From assembly GCA_963767735.1 (NCBI GenBank), contig CAVYES010000004.1:160001-224000 (forward strand): 64,000 nucleotides of DNA, given 5' to 3'. The notes beneath the pieces were generated by a model that had not been told where the DNA came from, ran no database searches, and saw only the letters and a program-made list of their open reading frames with translations. Both the position numbers and the translations under genes were made by a program. This DNA is from Candidatus Bathyarchaeota archaeon (GTDB lineage: Archaea; Thermoproteota; Bathyarchaeia; Bathyarchaeales; Bathycorpusculaceae). Each line of letters begins with the position of its first letter. Position 1 is the first letter of the stretch. Positions 9,751 to 22,394 of this stretch are shown in pieces.

Positions 9751-10086
9751 AACCTGCTAAACCTCCAAACAATCTAATTTCTTTATCATAGGCGCTCACT
9801 TGGGGCTACAGCTTTTGAGTGAAATCGCTTAAAAAGTAACTGTTGAAACGAACTTTTGGAGCAGTGGAGGGATAAGTGAAAGTGAAAAACAGAGATTGTT
9901 TTCTGCGTTGCCTGTGAAAAATTAGAGATGACTTTTGATTAGTATTCTGGTGGCTTACTGTTATAAATCATATACAGCTTGTAGAAAGTTGTTTGAGCGA
10001 AATGCAAATTCCATGAGAGCGTGCGTAGCCAATGATGCAGCACAATGGTGCTAGCGCGCTGCTTGATAGAAAAAGAAAAAGGAATT

Positions 10087-10350
10087 TTAAGTCACGGTTG
10101 TAGTTTTTGCTTCTTGTGCTGCTTGTGGAGCATTCTGTTTGACAGCGTTGATGCCATTAACAATGTTTGTTACTGCATCGGTTAGGTTGCCGTCTATGAG
10201 TTCTTCGCTGGCTTTAACAATAGAGATAACGCCAACAACGGTTAATCCGATGCCTGAGTAGCCTATGCCTGTTGCAACAAAAGCAGTGATCCCTAGGATT
10301 GTTACGATTACACTAAGAACAGCTTATAATCTTATTTTAGTTTTATTCTC
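10087..10350 (-). pseudogene. Small two-TM membrane protein with an in-frame stop near its N-terminus
   Basis: Translates as ENKTKIRL*AVLSVIVTILGITAFVATGIGYSGIGLTVVGVISIVK...; no intact start. Confidence 0.4.
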
Positions 10351-10398
10351 AGTTCGCGGTTCGTTGGTGAAGGTTTGAGTGAATGGCACATTTGACTG

Positions 10399-10677
10399 TT
10401 ATGTTGGCTCTAGCGTTATCTCTATGAGGCAGCCTGAAATGTTTGCCTTTTCGCCTTGCAAAACCAAAAGGGGCGTTCTCGGAATGTGTATTCGGCCGTC
10501 TTTCATCATTTTTACGTAAAAGAACTGCCATCCTCGCCCTAGGTCTAGGGCGTTTATGCCTACTTTTAAGATCTGTTCTGGCTCCATTTTGAACTGCCAA
10601 CGAATCAACTTTGGAACTTGAATGTTGTTGTTTTTCTCAAGAACTCCTTGAAACGTTACTTTTCTAGTAAGCGGCAT
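10399..10677 (-). CDS. Duplicated AbrB/SpoVT-like swapped-hairpin DNA-binding protein (MPLT family)
   Basis: Two repeats: NNIQVPKLIR and DGRIHIPR. Confidence 0.65.
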   Translation of the reverse strand: MPLTRKVTFQGVLEKNNNIQVPKLIRWQFKMEPEQILKVGINALDLGRGWQFFYVKMMKDGRIHIPRTPLLVLQGEKANISGCLIEITLEPT

Positions 10678-10687
10678 ACAGGAACGC

Positions 10688-10761
10688 TTACTTTCTATTA
10701 CTTTTTATTACTTTCTGTTACTTTCCTTTACTTTCTGTTACATTCCTTTACTTTTCCTTAC
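10688..10761. repeat. Tandem 10-bp repeat (TTACTTTCYN), about 7 copies
   Basis: ttactttcta ttacttttta ttactttctg ttactttcct ttactttctg ttacattcct ttacttttcc ttac, directly upstream of the AbrB-like gene. Confidence 0.9.
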
Positions 10762-11091
10762 GCAACCTGCAGACAATTCAAGCTTTGCTTCAAAAAAGCA
10801 ACCCAAAACGCAAAGAACAAATTTTTCCGAAAAATCGAACCATTTTGCAACCTCTGTCAAAAAAAAGAAAAACAAGAAAAAGCTACGCAATGCCGCCTTC
10901 ATCACGAGTGCACTGTTTTTAATCACAGTCGGCATCAGAATTATTGGCATTATCATAGGCGCATAACAAATAAATATAAGCCGACAAAAACAAGAATTAC
11001 AGAAATGCAGTTAACAACTTGTTCTCAAGCTCAAATAAATGTGTATTACAATAAATGAGGCACGAAAACGATATTAAATTGAATTTTCCAA

Positions 11092-12051
11092 GTGTTGATG
11101 AATGTTATGAACGAAAATAACGTAAAGGTTCTTGTTACTGGCGGTGCTGGTTTTATTGGTTCGCATTTGGTTCCGCAACTTCTTGAATTAGGATACTCAG
11201 TAACTGTGCTGGATAATTTGTCTACCGGAAAATTGGAGAACCTTAACGGGGTACTTGACAATCCTAAGTTTATATTTCAACGTGGAGACATACGAGATAA
11301 CGCCATTTCAAACGAGGCATTTAGAGGAATTAACTCAGTTATTCATCTTGCCGCCTTAATAGATATCTCCGCTTCCGTTGCTGATCCGATTCAAAATCAT
11401 GAAGTTAACGTAAATGGAACTTTTAACATGCTTCAGACAGCTGTCAAACAAAACATAAAGAAGTTTGTTTTTGCTTCATCAACCGCCGTCTACGGTGATG
11501 CTAAGACCCTGCCAGTACAAGAAAATATTGCCCTCCACCCGCTTTCTCCATATGCCGCCTCAAAAGTTGCTGGCGAAGCATATTGCAGTGCATTTGCTAA
11601 CTGCTTTGGACTTGAAACAGTTGCATTGAGATTTTTCAATATTTACGGCATAAGAAGCGAGAACAGCCCATACAGTGGCGTCATTACAAAGTTTCTCAGC
11701 AAAATCATAAACAACGAAGTCTTAACAATTGATGGCGACGGAGAACAGACCAGAGACTTCATACATGTAAGCGACATCGTCAAAGCCGTAATCTTAGCAT
11801 TAGAGCAAAAAAGATTGAAGGGCGAGGTTTTTAATGTTTGTACAGGCTTGCCTACAAGCATAAATCAGCTTGCTGCCACTTTGAAGACTGTTACGAGAAA
11901 AAACCCAAACATTAAGCATGGACCTGCAAGATTAGGCGACATACGAAGCAGCTATGGCGACCCTGCTAAAGCCGCAGAAAACTTGGGTTTTAGAGCTAGC
12001 GTTAATTTAACAGAGGGGTTGCAGATGTTATTCGAAGAATTTAATAAATAG
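11092..12051 (+). CDS. NAD-dependent epimerase/dehydratase (extended SDR, UDP-glucose 4-epimerase-like)
   Basis: GGAGFIG, SSTAVYG, YAASK catalytic motif, TRDFIHV. Confidence 0.95.
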   Translation: MLMNVMNENNVKVLVTGGAGFIGSHLVPQLLELGYSVTVLDNLSTGKLENLNGVLDNPKFIFQRGDIRDNAISNEAFRGINSVIHLAALIDISASVADPIQNHEVNVNGTFNMLQTAVKQNIKKFVFASSTAVYGDAKTLPVQENIALHPLSPYAASKVAGEAYCSAFANCFGLETVALRFFNIYGIRSENSPYSGVITKFLSKIINNEVLTIDGDGEQTRDFIHVSDIVKAVILALEQKRLKGEVFNVCTGLPTSINQLAATLKTVTRKNPNIKHGPARLGDIRSSYGDPAKAAENLGFRASVNLTEGLQMLFEEFNK

Positions 12052-12375
12052 TCAACAAAATAAGAGTTCTCAACCGACAAATCAACACTTAAAAAGGCGA
12101 ATGTACCAAAGCGCTTGCCCAGTTTTCCAGTTTTCTTAGCTTGCAGCCTACAACAAGCTTTGTATTGCGGGCAATTTTTTTGTAAACTTTATGCGGGTTA
12201 GTCGTGACTATGCTGGTAATAACGTTTTTGAAAGATTGTTTAGGTTTAATCTTTCATTATTTGGCTTTTTGGTATGTCGCGTTTTAGGAAATATGGCTTA
12301 TATGCTTTTTTGCGGTTTGTCCTGCTTAAGAAGAGATAAAAAGCGCGGTAGCATGGCTATTCGGTGGTGACTTGA

Positions 12376-12618
12376 ATGGTTAGTAAAGATCAGGGAATAG
12401 GTGGAGCAATATTTGTTGTATGCGTTATAGTCGCAATAGGATTTGTCGTTTTGGTTGCTGTCCCGATGGATGGACTAGCAACTGCCACAATCAGGTTAGA
12501 TGCGGTTCTGATTCTTGTTTCCGTAGCATTCATCGCCATTCTAGCGATCGGCGGATGGATAGGCTATACAATGGCTACGACGCCGCCTCCAAAACCAATA
12601 GAAGAAATAACCACTTAA
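12376..12618 (+). CDS. Conserved small archaeal two-TM protein (…GYTMATTPPPKP…)
   Basis: GGTGGTGA SD; two hydrophobic helices; paralog at 28106-28345. Confidence 0.8.
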   Translation: MVSKDQGIGGAIFVVCVIVAIGFVVLVAVPMDGLATATIRLDAVLILVSVAFIAILAIGGWIGYTMATTPPPKPIEEITT

Positions 12619-12887
12619 ACAGATACGAAAAAAGAAGAACCAAAATAATCTTTTAGACAACCATAACTATATCTGAGTTTTTCCTACCACCCCATTTAAA
12701 ATCGAATATTGATTTTATGCTTGCCAGTTGATTGGGTAAGATTATGGTTCCTCCCAACTTCCACTTCAGATTGAGGATGCTTGTTGCGTTTTGTATTTTT
12801 GTTGTTCATGTAAACTGGAGTATCTTCAAATTAATAATATTTATTAATGCTTACGACTTACGACTATTACTTGTCGGGTCGATATAA

Positions 12888-13343
12888 ATGGCGTTTAAAA
12901 AGCTTGGCTCAGGAGCGGTAATTGTGCTCGTAATAACCGGCATAATGCTAACTGCACTCACCGCTGCTCTGTTAACTACCAGCCAAACCTTATCCACAAA
13001 TGGATCAATCACGCCCATCAGCGCCGTAGGCTTAGCAATCTACAGCAACTCAGGTTTAACAACACCTATGTCAGCAGTAACCTGGGGAACCCTAAATCCA
13101 GGCGGCCAAACATCCGTAACCGTTTACCTCAAAAACACAGGCAACATTGCCGAGAACCTTACCATGAGCGTGAGCAATTGGAGCCCATCAAACGCAAACA
13201 CATACCTCACCTGCACATGGACACCAACAGTAACGCCCCTAGCCGCCGGCGCATCAACCTCAGCAACCATAACACTCTCAGCCTTATCAAGCGCACCAAC
13301 AACATCCTACAGCTTCAGCCTAGCCATAACCGGCAGCCAATAA
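12888..13343 (+). CDS. Secreted Ser/Thr-rich beta-sandwich protein (pilin/TasA-like surface subunit)
   Basis: N-terminal hydrophobic segment; WG.L.PG...YLKNTGN motif. Confidence 0.6.
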   Translation: MAFKKLGSGAVIVLVITGIMLTALTAALLTTSQTLSTNGSITPISAVGLAIYSNSGLTTPMSAVTWGTLNPGGQTSVTVYLKNTGNIAENLTMSVSNWSPSNANTYLTCTWTPTVTPLAAGASTSATITLSALSSAPTTSYSFSLAITGSQ

Positions 13344-13550
13344 CTCACGCGCGCGGATCCCCCCTTTCAGCTTAATTTTTTAAATCTAGATATCGTCTAA
13401 TTTTCGACACTGCCGATTTCTTATTTTAATCCTGTGTGCCGTCATCACTCTCCAGTAAAAACGGAGATAACGAGCACCTAACCCTAACGAGGCGTTTTGC
13501 TAAGGGCACTCAACTAGGCCCTCGTATTTCGTGCGCTCAAGTTTAGCGCG

Positions 13551-14652
13551 CTGGCTTGTCCCTTAATTAAGTAAACGTTTATTTTTGAGTTGGGGCCTCG
13601 TTTCAAATGAGTTACGTCCAAGCTTAGGAGGTGACCCCAAGCGGGACAAGATGAACACGAGACCCTAGAAACCCTCTTCAGAAACGTAGACTTAAGTTTT
13701 GCTAAAGCAGCCTTACTCGACTGCTTCCATTCCGATGGTCCAGGAAGACCCCCCAGAAACCCAATGGGACTTTTCAGAACCTTCATCGTTATGCGCATGA
13801 AGGGCGTTCGCAGCCTAAGAGAAATGACCAGACTACTCGACGCAGACCCAAGACTTAGACGATTGTGCCTCATCAAACCAGCCGAAAAAGGTTACCCACG
13901 AAGCGTTCTCAGCAGGTTCATCCGCAAAGTCGGAGAAATCCGCCTCATTAACATAATAGACGAGAAAGTTGTTAAGCTCTCGAAACACAGCAGTGCAAGA
14001 GACGTTGATTCCATTTTTGATGCTTCCTTTATAGATGCGTGGAGTACACGTGATCCACTGGACAACCAGACCGGCTATTCAGACAAGGAAGCCAGAGTCG
14101 GACGCGCAGGCAGATCATTCGGACTCGGCTACAAGCTGCACTTAGCTATCGATTCTGCGACTATGCTTCCTTTAGCCTGCATTTTTGCTTCGGCTAATCA
14201 GAACGAGCAGAAACACTCATTGAACCTGCTGGAGAAGACCAAGCTGATTCTCAAGCAGTCTGAGGCTAAATTGAGAAGTGTGATAGCTGACAGCCAGTAC
14301 AGCGACGGCAAACTCAGAGACGCTGTCAACGCTGCGGTGATACCGTATCGTTCAAACCAGAAACTGGACGTTAAGGGCTTGCTGAGAGTGGACAAGAAGT
14401 TTCGAGCCTATGGACCGGAAGAACAGAAGAAGGAGTACCACAAAAGACCTCATGTAGAGGCAGTCTACAGCTTCCTAAAGACACAGTACAGCCTAACCGT
14501 CAATAAAGTAAGAGGCTTAGGCAACGTAGCTTCATATGCGCTCTTTAGCATTCTATGCTTAGTTCTGAACCGAGAGGCGGCAGAAAACTTCGGAAGATAC
14601 GATAAAGCAGTCTCACCAACATACTTCAACACGTAATATCGGGACAAGGCAG
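13551..14652 (+). mobile_element. Insertion sequence copy 1 (1102 bp; DDE transposase, IS4/IS5-superfamily-like)
   Basis: 12-bp imperfect IRs CTGGCTTGTCCC / GGGACAAGGCAG flanked by CGCG on both sides; near-identical inverted copy at 38897-39998. Confidence 0.9.
13764..14636 (+). CDS. DDE transposase
   Basis: DAS...GYKLH...ADSQY...R..VE motifs; the frame is open back to 13635 (includes a GRPP motif). Confidence 0.9.
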   Translation: MGLFRTFIVMRMKGVRSLREMTRLLDADPRLRRLCLIKPAEKGYPRSVLSRFIRKVGEIRLINIIDEKVVKLSKHSSARDVDSIFDASFIDAWSTRDPLDNQTGYSDKEARVGRAGRSFGLGYKLHLAIDSATMLPLACIFASANQNEQKHSLNLLEKTKLILKQSEAKLRSVIADSQYSDGKLRDAVNAAVIPYRSNQKLDVKGLLRVDKKFRAYGPEEQKKEYHKRPHVEAVYSFLKTQYSLTVNKVRGLGNVASYALFSILCLVLNREAAENFGRYDKAVSPTYFNT

Positions 14653-14865
14653 CGCGCAGCCAACCCTTCGGCTGGGGCAACTCGTCGGTTGGATCAAAAC
14701 CAAAACAAGCGCATAAAAAATATTAGCTAAATGAGAGAAGAAGTGCTCAACGAAAAATGATGAACCAAAACAAGCTATGAGTTTCCAGAAATAAATCCCA
14801 CGAAGACTTAACAGAACCCGCACAGCAACGTATTAATGATAAAGTTCTCAATAAATCGTTTTGTT

Positions 14866-15734
14866 TTAAGCGCTTAATATTTTTTTAAGTCTTTGTGTCA
14901 GTGATTCTCGTTCGTTGGGTTGGTGAATCCATAATTCCCGGTTTTCTCTGAATTGCTGACCTGTAATTTTTCCCTTTGTTTGAAGGGTGCCCAGCAGTTT
15001 AACGAATTCACCTAGTCCTACCTGTTCTCTGGTTACAATGTTTGATGCTTTTCTTTCTTCCTCTGATGGGTTGATTGTGCCTTTTTCTTGGTCGGGCGGT
15101 GGGTAGCTGTTATATAAGAATCGGGCAAAATAGGTAATTTCCCAAGTTTTTGTTATTGGCAAGCTTTCTTTGATGTTAGCAGTTCAGATGTCAAGGATGC
15201 GTATTCTTCCCCGAGGGAATAGTACTTGCGGGGATTACTTGGTTTATCAGCAACTTTGTTAACGAAATACTTCAAATGGGCACTGCTAAAGATAGGTAGC
15301 ACCTTTCCGCTTTCATAGTTGAAGCAAAATATGATTTTCTTTGCAACCTGTTTGTCTTGTCCTAAACGGCTGATATTTTCCCATCGAGCATCTACTTTTT
15401 CAGCAAGCGATTTCTTTTTATCAACAACAACACGAAGCAGGCTTTTGAAATCGCCTAGTTGAATTCTGATATTGCGGTAAACAGTAGAGCCGTGAATTGT
15501 AAGGTGCCCGAGCGGTTCAAGATAATACTCTAAATAGCGAAAAAATTCGCCAACTTCACCCGAGCTCTCTTTAAAAATATCATCAGGATTTAACCAATCA
15601 ATTGATTGAGGATTCTCGGCGAAAGGAAATTTTGCTCTAAAATCCTTCAAAAGTACAAGTGCCTTATCTACTTCAACCTTCATAACTCCGGTTTTGTCGT
15701 AAACACTTGCTTTCTCTAACAGAAAATTGTCCAA
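14866..15734 (-). pseudogene. Frameshifted gene resembling the N-terminal domain of McrB/endonuclease-type proteins
   Basis: ORFs 15153-15734 and 14866-15162 join with one extra A near 15165; LPIFS..HL motif. Confidence 0.45.
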
Positions 15735-15896
15735 TTTCTATCTCATCCCATCAGTATCCATATTTGCCATAATAACATTTGCAATGATTTATCGAAAAAT
15801 AGACTAAGATAGCTATTTTTCTTAAAATCGTTGCTTTATGTTTCTAGCAAATTTTAAATCTATTCACAATGAATAAGCAATGAAGGACTGGTCAGT

Positions 15897-16847
15897 ATGG
15901 CATATGTATTTGAAGCTGTAACAATTGTGATTGCTCTGATTATTATTGTATGGGGTATTCTCTTGTCGCTTCGAATTGTTAGACCCACGGAAAAAGGCTT
16001 AGTGGAGCGCTTTGGCAAGTACTATCGGTTTGTTGAAGGCGGCATAACTTTTCTTTTTCCCTTTGTAGACAGAATCATCAGAGTCAACGTCACCGAACGT
16101 ATGACTCCTGTGCAGCGGCAAGATGTGATCACAAAGGACAAGGTCTTCATGGGTGTGGATGCTGTTGTATTCTACAGAATCAAGCACGACGAAGCATCGG
16201 TTAAAGCGTCACAGTATAATGTGGCTAACTTTGCCGAACAAATAGATACCCTTGCCCGAACCGTACTCAGAGACATAATAGGCGGCATGGACATGGCAAT
16301 AGCCAATACATCCAGACCAACAATAAACGCCAGTCTCAAAACAGCCTTAGACGAGCAGACAGAAAAGTGGGGAATTGAAATTGTCAGAGCAGAAATCAAA
16401 GACCTTGAACCTCCAAGAGAACTCATTATATCAATGGAATCCGTTTTGAAAGCAGACAATGAACGGCAAGCAGCAGAAAAAACCGCCATAGCGCAAGCCA
16501 CTTTGGCAAGCGGAGAGAAAAACGCGGCGATTCAAGTTGCCGAAGGGCAAAAGCAAGCTGCTATCTTGGAAGCAGAAGGACAGAAAATCGCCACCGTCAC
16601 CATCGCTGAAGGAGACGCCCAAGCAACCAAGTTACGCAGTGAGGCTTTAACCACGTATTTCAAAGACAGCGCCATAGTCTCCAAGCAACTGGACACAATT
16701 GCAACAGCTTTGCAGAATAACACCAAAATAATCGTTCCCGAAGGCAAAGCCATATCGCTAATCCTAAATGAGCAGGAAAACCTCGCTAAAGCCACCATAA
16801 TCCCAGTAACGCTGCCCCAGCAACAGAAAAGCAACAAACAAATGTAA
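15897..16847 (+). CDS. SPFH/band 7 (stomatin-like) protein
   Basis: N-terminal TM, VITKD, LRDIIG, WGIEI motifs, AEG coiled-coil repeats. Confidence 0.95.
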   Translation: MAYVFEAVTIVIALIIIVWGILLSLRIVRPTEKGLVERFGKYYRFVEGGITFLFPFVDRIIRVNVTERMTPVQRQDVITKDKVFMGVDAVVFYRIKHDEASVKASQYNVANFAEQIDTLARTVLRDIIGGMDMAIANTSRPTINASLKTALDEQTEKWGIEIVRAEIKDLEPPRELIISMESVLKADNERQAAEKTAIAQATLASGEKNAAIQVAEGQKQAAILEAEGQKIATVTIAEGDAQATKLRSEALTTYFKDSAIVSKQLDTIATALQNNTKIIVPEGKAISLILNEQENLAKATIIPVTLPQQQKSNKQM

Positions 16848-16914
16848 TAATGCGTTTAAGGCTCTTAAGCAGGCTTGTTTTCCTAATTTGAAAGAGTGAC
16901 AAGTTAATCCTTAA

Positions 16915-19134
<2,220 letters not shown>

Positions 19135-19317
19135 CAACAGCTAGGGATAACAATGCAGCATTAGTAGCTCAGTCGGAACAAGAAGTTTGCCAACTAACCT
19201 TCATTTTGCTTTTTTCTTGTCCTTCAACTTGTTTTGAGTTAAGAGAGGAAGAATTTCAAAAAGGAACCGGAAAGAGATTTAAGGGCATGTGATGCGTTTA
19301 ATCGTGACCACCAATCT

Positions 19318-19509
19318 ATGTCGCCACGGATTATTATTAAAGAGAAAGTTGCAATCTTCATTATCTCCGTCGTCGTACTAGTGCTGAACTTGATTCTCTG
19401 GCGAGTTGGAATCTTTAATTATCTTGATTTTCTTTTGGTTTTTTTGGTAATTTTCGTCGGCGCTAACGCAGCCTACCGATTGATTGACAGAAAACGCAAA
19501 ACGTATTGA
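19318..19509 (+). CDS. Small two-TM membrane protein
   Basis: Hydrophobic ORF with an upstream TATA-like TTTAAG. Confidence 0.5.
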   Translation: MSPRIIIKEKVAIFIISVVVLVLNLILWRVGIFNYLDFLLVFLVIFVGANAAYRLIDRKRKTY

Positions 19510-19716
19510 ACAGAACCCGACTTTTCAACAATTAGCTTCAATGTTTGATTTAAATAGCTTACAAAGTAAGTTAAATTTATCGTTCTTAGCTAAAATCCGT
19601 TCTCGGGGTAAATGAATGAGTTTTCTGAAAAATGTGAAGATGTATGTAGCCGATTTTACACATAACTCTTTAATTATTTTATCAGCAAAATGTTTTGGTG
19701 AATCAGGTTTATTTGC

Positions 19717-19953
19717 ATGAATTTCGCTGAAGCATTAGAATTCTCAAAGAAATTTCCCGCTTGCCATCCCAAAGTATTCAAAGGGTTTTTTGAGCGGGGC
19801 ATTTGTGAAACTGAAACCGAGGGCTATGTCGTCCTAACCGATACAACCTTAGCCAATGAGCCAAGTCCTAACCAGTTAGAGGATTACGTTAAGAGTCACA
19901 AATTAAAGATAGATCACGGCAAAGACCATTTGATCATTTATACATGCCCTTAA
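19717..19953 (+). CDS. Hypothetical protein
   Basis: Isolated ORF with GGTGA/AGGT upstream. Confidence 0.5.
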   Translation: MNFAEALEFSKKFPACHPKVFKGFFERGICETETEGYVVLTDTTLANEPSPNQLEDYVKSHKLKIDHGKDHLIIYTCP

Positions 19954-20140
19954 CAGGTTTGTTAAACAGATTTACTTAGAGAATCCCCGTTTTCAGCCTG
20001 TTTTTGGGCTTTAAGCCTAACGCTCAATGTTTGAAATGGTCATCTCGGGTTTCCAGCGATAGTTAATTGAAAAAGGATGGATAAAATATAATAAAAAAAT
20101 TGAGCTAAATGCAAGTGAAAAAGTTTTTTTTCAACTGATT

Positions 20141-20266
20141 TTATAGTCCATCGACAAGATGGGCTGTTCCGTCTGGGCAGTAGACACAATTGCCTTTTTC
20201 AACGACAAGGTAACGTCTATTGCACGGTTTCATTTGGGAGCATCCGTCGCAATCTCTTGATAACAT
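20141..20266 (-). CDS. 41-aa Cys-rich (Zn-finger-like) microprotein
   Basis: AAGGAGG SD before ATG; CDGC...C...CVYCPDG..H. Confidence 0.55.
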   Translation of the reverse strand: MLSRDCDGCSQMKPCNRRYLVVEKGNCVYCPDGTAHLVDGL

Positions 20267-20582
20267 TTCTTTTCCTCCTTTTGTTATTATGATTTTTTTA
20301 ACAGGGCAAGTTGAACGCATGTTCGTGAACTGGGTACTCACCTGTTCGCTTATGTGCCGTGCCTCTTGCCGCTGATAAAACTGGATAGCAATGTCGAAGT
20401 ATCTTTTAAACGTTTTTGTGCTTTTTAAAGCAACTTTTATTATTCTGTAAGTAGGAAAGCAAGATTTATTCGGAAATAAATCCCATTTAAACTCTATAAT
20501 TGGCATTAAGATGTTTACACAAAATTCAACTAAAATTAGGTTTATTTATTTGTCAAAGTTACTTTACCTTGGTTGGTAGCTG

Positions 20583-20903
20583 TTGAACAATTACATTGTC
20601 ATATTTGTAACTGCGAAGGATAGGCAGGAGGCGGAAAAAATAACACAGGCGCTCTTGGATGAACGTTTGATTGCTTGTGGAAACATCGTTAATCCGGTTA
20701 CTTCATTTTTCCATTGGGTTGGCAAAATTGAAAAGGCTGAGGAATGCTTGATTGTTATGAAATCGCGGGCAGATTTGTTTTTGCAGGTTGCTGAGCGTGT
20801 GAAGCGTTTGCATAGTTATGAGGTTCCTGAGGTTTTGGCGTTGCCTATTGTTGACGCGTCGAAGGCTTATTTGGATTGGATGAGTGTTGTGCTCAAACCT
20901 TAA
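20583..20903 (+). CDS. cutA: Divalent-cation tolerance protein CutA
   Basis: LIACGNI, W.GKIE..EE, LHSYEVPE motifs. Confidence 0.95.
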   Translation: MNNYIVIFVTAKDRQEAEKITQALLDERLIACGNIVNPVTSFFHWVGKIEKAEECLIVMKSRADLFLQVAERVKRLHSYEVPEVLALPIVDASKAYLDWMSVVLKP

Positions 20904-20977
20904 TGTACATTTTTGTTCAAGTAAGCCTTAAATAATACATTGACGTATGCTTCTGAACTGTAAGGAAGCGCAACAAA

Positions 20978-22394
20978 ATGGGGAATCGCCTTTGGCACAC
21001 AAACAGCAACCGAAACCAAACCAGCTAATCCCCTAAAAATCAAAAAAATCCAAATCACACAACAACCCCTCGAAATATTCTCAAAACTCCAAAAACAATA
21101 CAAAACAAACTACCTTCTCGAATCAATTGAAGGACCAAAAAAACTCGCACAATACTCATTTATCGGATTCAACCCAAAAATAACCGTCCAAACCAAAAAC
21201 GAAAAAGTCCAAATCAAAAACGAAAGAACCGGCGAAACAACCATACAGAAAACAAGCGATCCACTGCAAACCATAGAAAACCTCCTCAAAAACGATGCAA
21301 TCTCAAACAGTGAATTCAGATTTATTGGCGGAGCAGTGGGCTACATCTCTTATGATGCAGTACGTTACTGGGAAAAACTTCCAGAAAACAACCAGGCTGG
21401 CCTGATTTTTCCTGACTTGGAAATGGGCATATTTGACGACGGATTCATCTTCAACCATAAACTACCGCAAGCATTCTACTATTACCGAAGCGAGAATCGC
21501 CTGCCTGAAGTTGAAAGACTACTTAAACAGCCAATTGTTTCTGAAGAATTTTCTTACACTCAACCTAAAGTAAGCACTAAAAAAGAAAACTATGAAAAAG
21601 CGGTTGAAAAAGCAAAAGAATACGTGACCGCAGGAGACATTTTCCAAGTTGTCCTATCCAAACGCTACCAATTCCAAATAAAAGGCGACCTTATGCCGTT
21701 TTATCAGTCTCTTCGCACCATTAACCCTTCCCCTTACATGTACTTCTATAAGTCAGGCGAACGGCAAATCGTCGGTTCCAGCCCCGAAATGCTCGTCCGA
21801 GTTGAAAACAGAACCGTGGAAACCTTCCCGATTGCAGGAACAAGACCTGCTGATGAAGACCCCCGCAGAAACAGCAGGTTAGCTCGTGAATTGCTTGCTG
21901 ACCCAAAAGAGCGCGCCGAACACGTGATGCTTGTAGACTTAGCACGCAACGACATCGGCAAAATCTCAAAGTACGGCAGCGTTCACGTGCCAGAATTCAT
22001 GAGAGTCCACCGTTACAGCCACGTGCAACATATTGTTTCGCAGGTGGTAGGCGAACTTAAAGAAAACCTTCAAAGCTACGATGCGCTACGGGCTGTTTTT
22101 CCAGCCGGCACGGTTTCTGGAGCACCAAAAGTGCGAGCTATGGAAATCATTGACGAGCTTGAGCCAGCTAGGCGTGGACCTTACGCTGGCGCAGTAGGCT
22201 ACTTTTCATACAATGGCAATGCCGACTTCGCCATAACCATCCGCACACTCTTCGCCGATAAGAAACATGCGTATATTCAAGCTGGCGCAGGAATTGTGGC
22301 TGATTCAGTTCCAGAAACAGAGTGGTTTGAAACAGACCACAAGGCAAAAGCGCTGATGCAGGCGCTTGAGCAGGCTGGAGGCGCAAAATCATGA
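20978..22394 (+). CDS. trpE: Anthranilate synthase component I (frame open from 20964; ATG 20978 is one base out of frame)
   Basis: LLES...YSFIG N-terminal motifs upstream of the listed ORF; NPSPYM, SPEML, PIAGT, EHVMLVDL, PAGTVSGAPK. Confidence 0.95.

Noticed and set aside
10688-10761. Possible CRISPR array
   Set aside because: Contiguous 10-bp units without spacers; no cas genes or repeat-spacer array were seen in the window.
13529-13541. 13-nt match (TCGTGCGCTCAAG) between the IS flank and the SRP RNA
   Set aside because: Too short and isolated; likely chance.
20990-21300. Extreme A/C strand skew at the trpE 5' end as a non-coding element
   Set aside because: It translates to the conserved TrpE N-terminal motifs.
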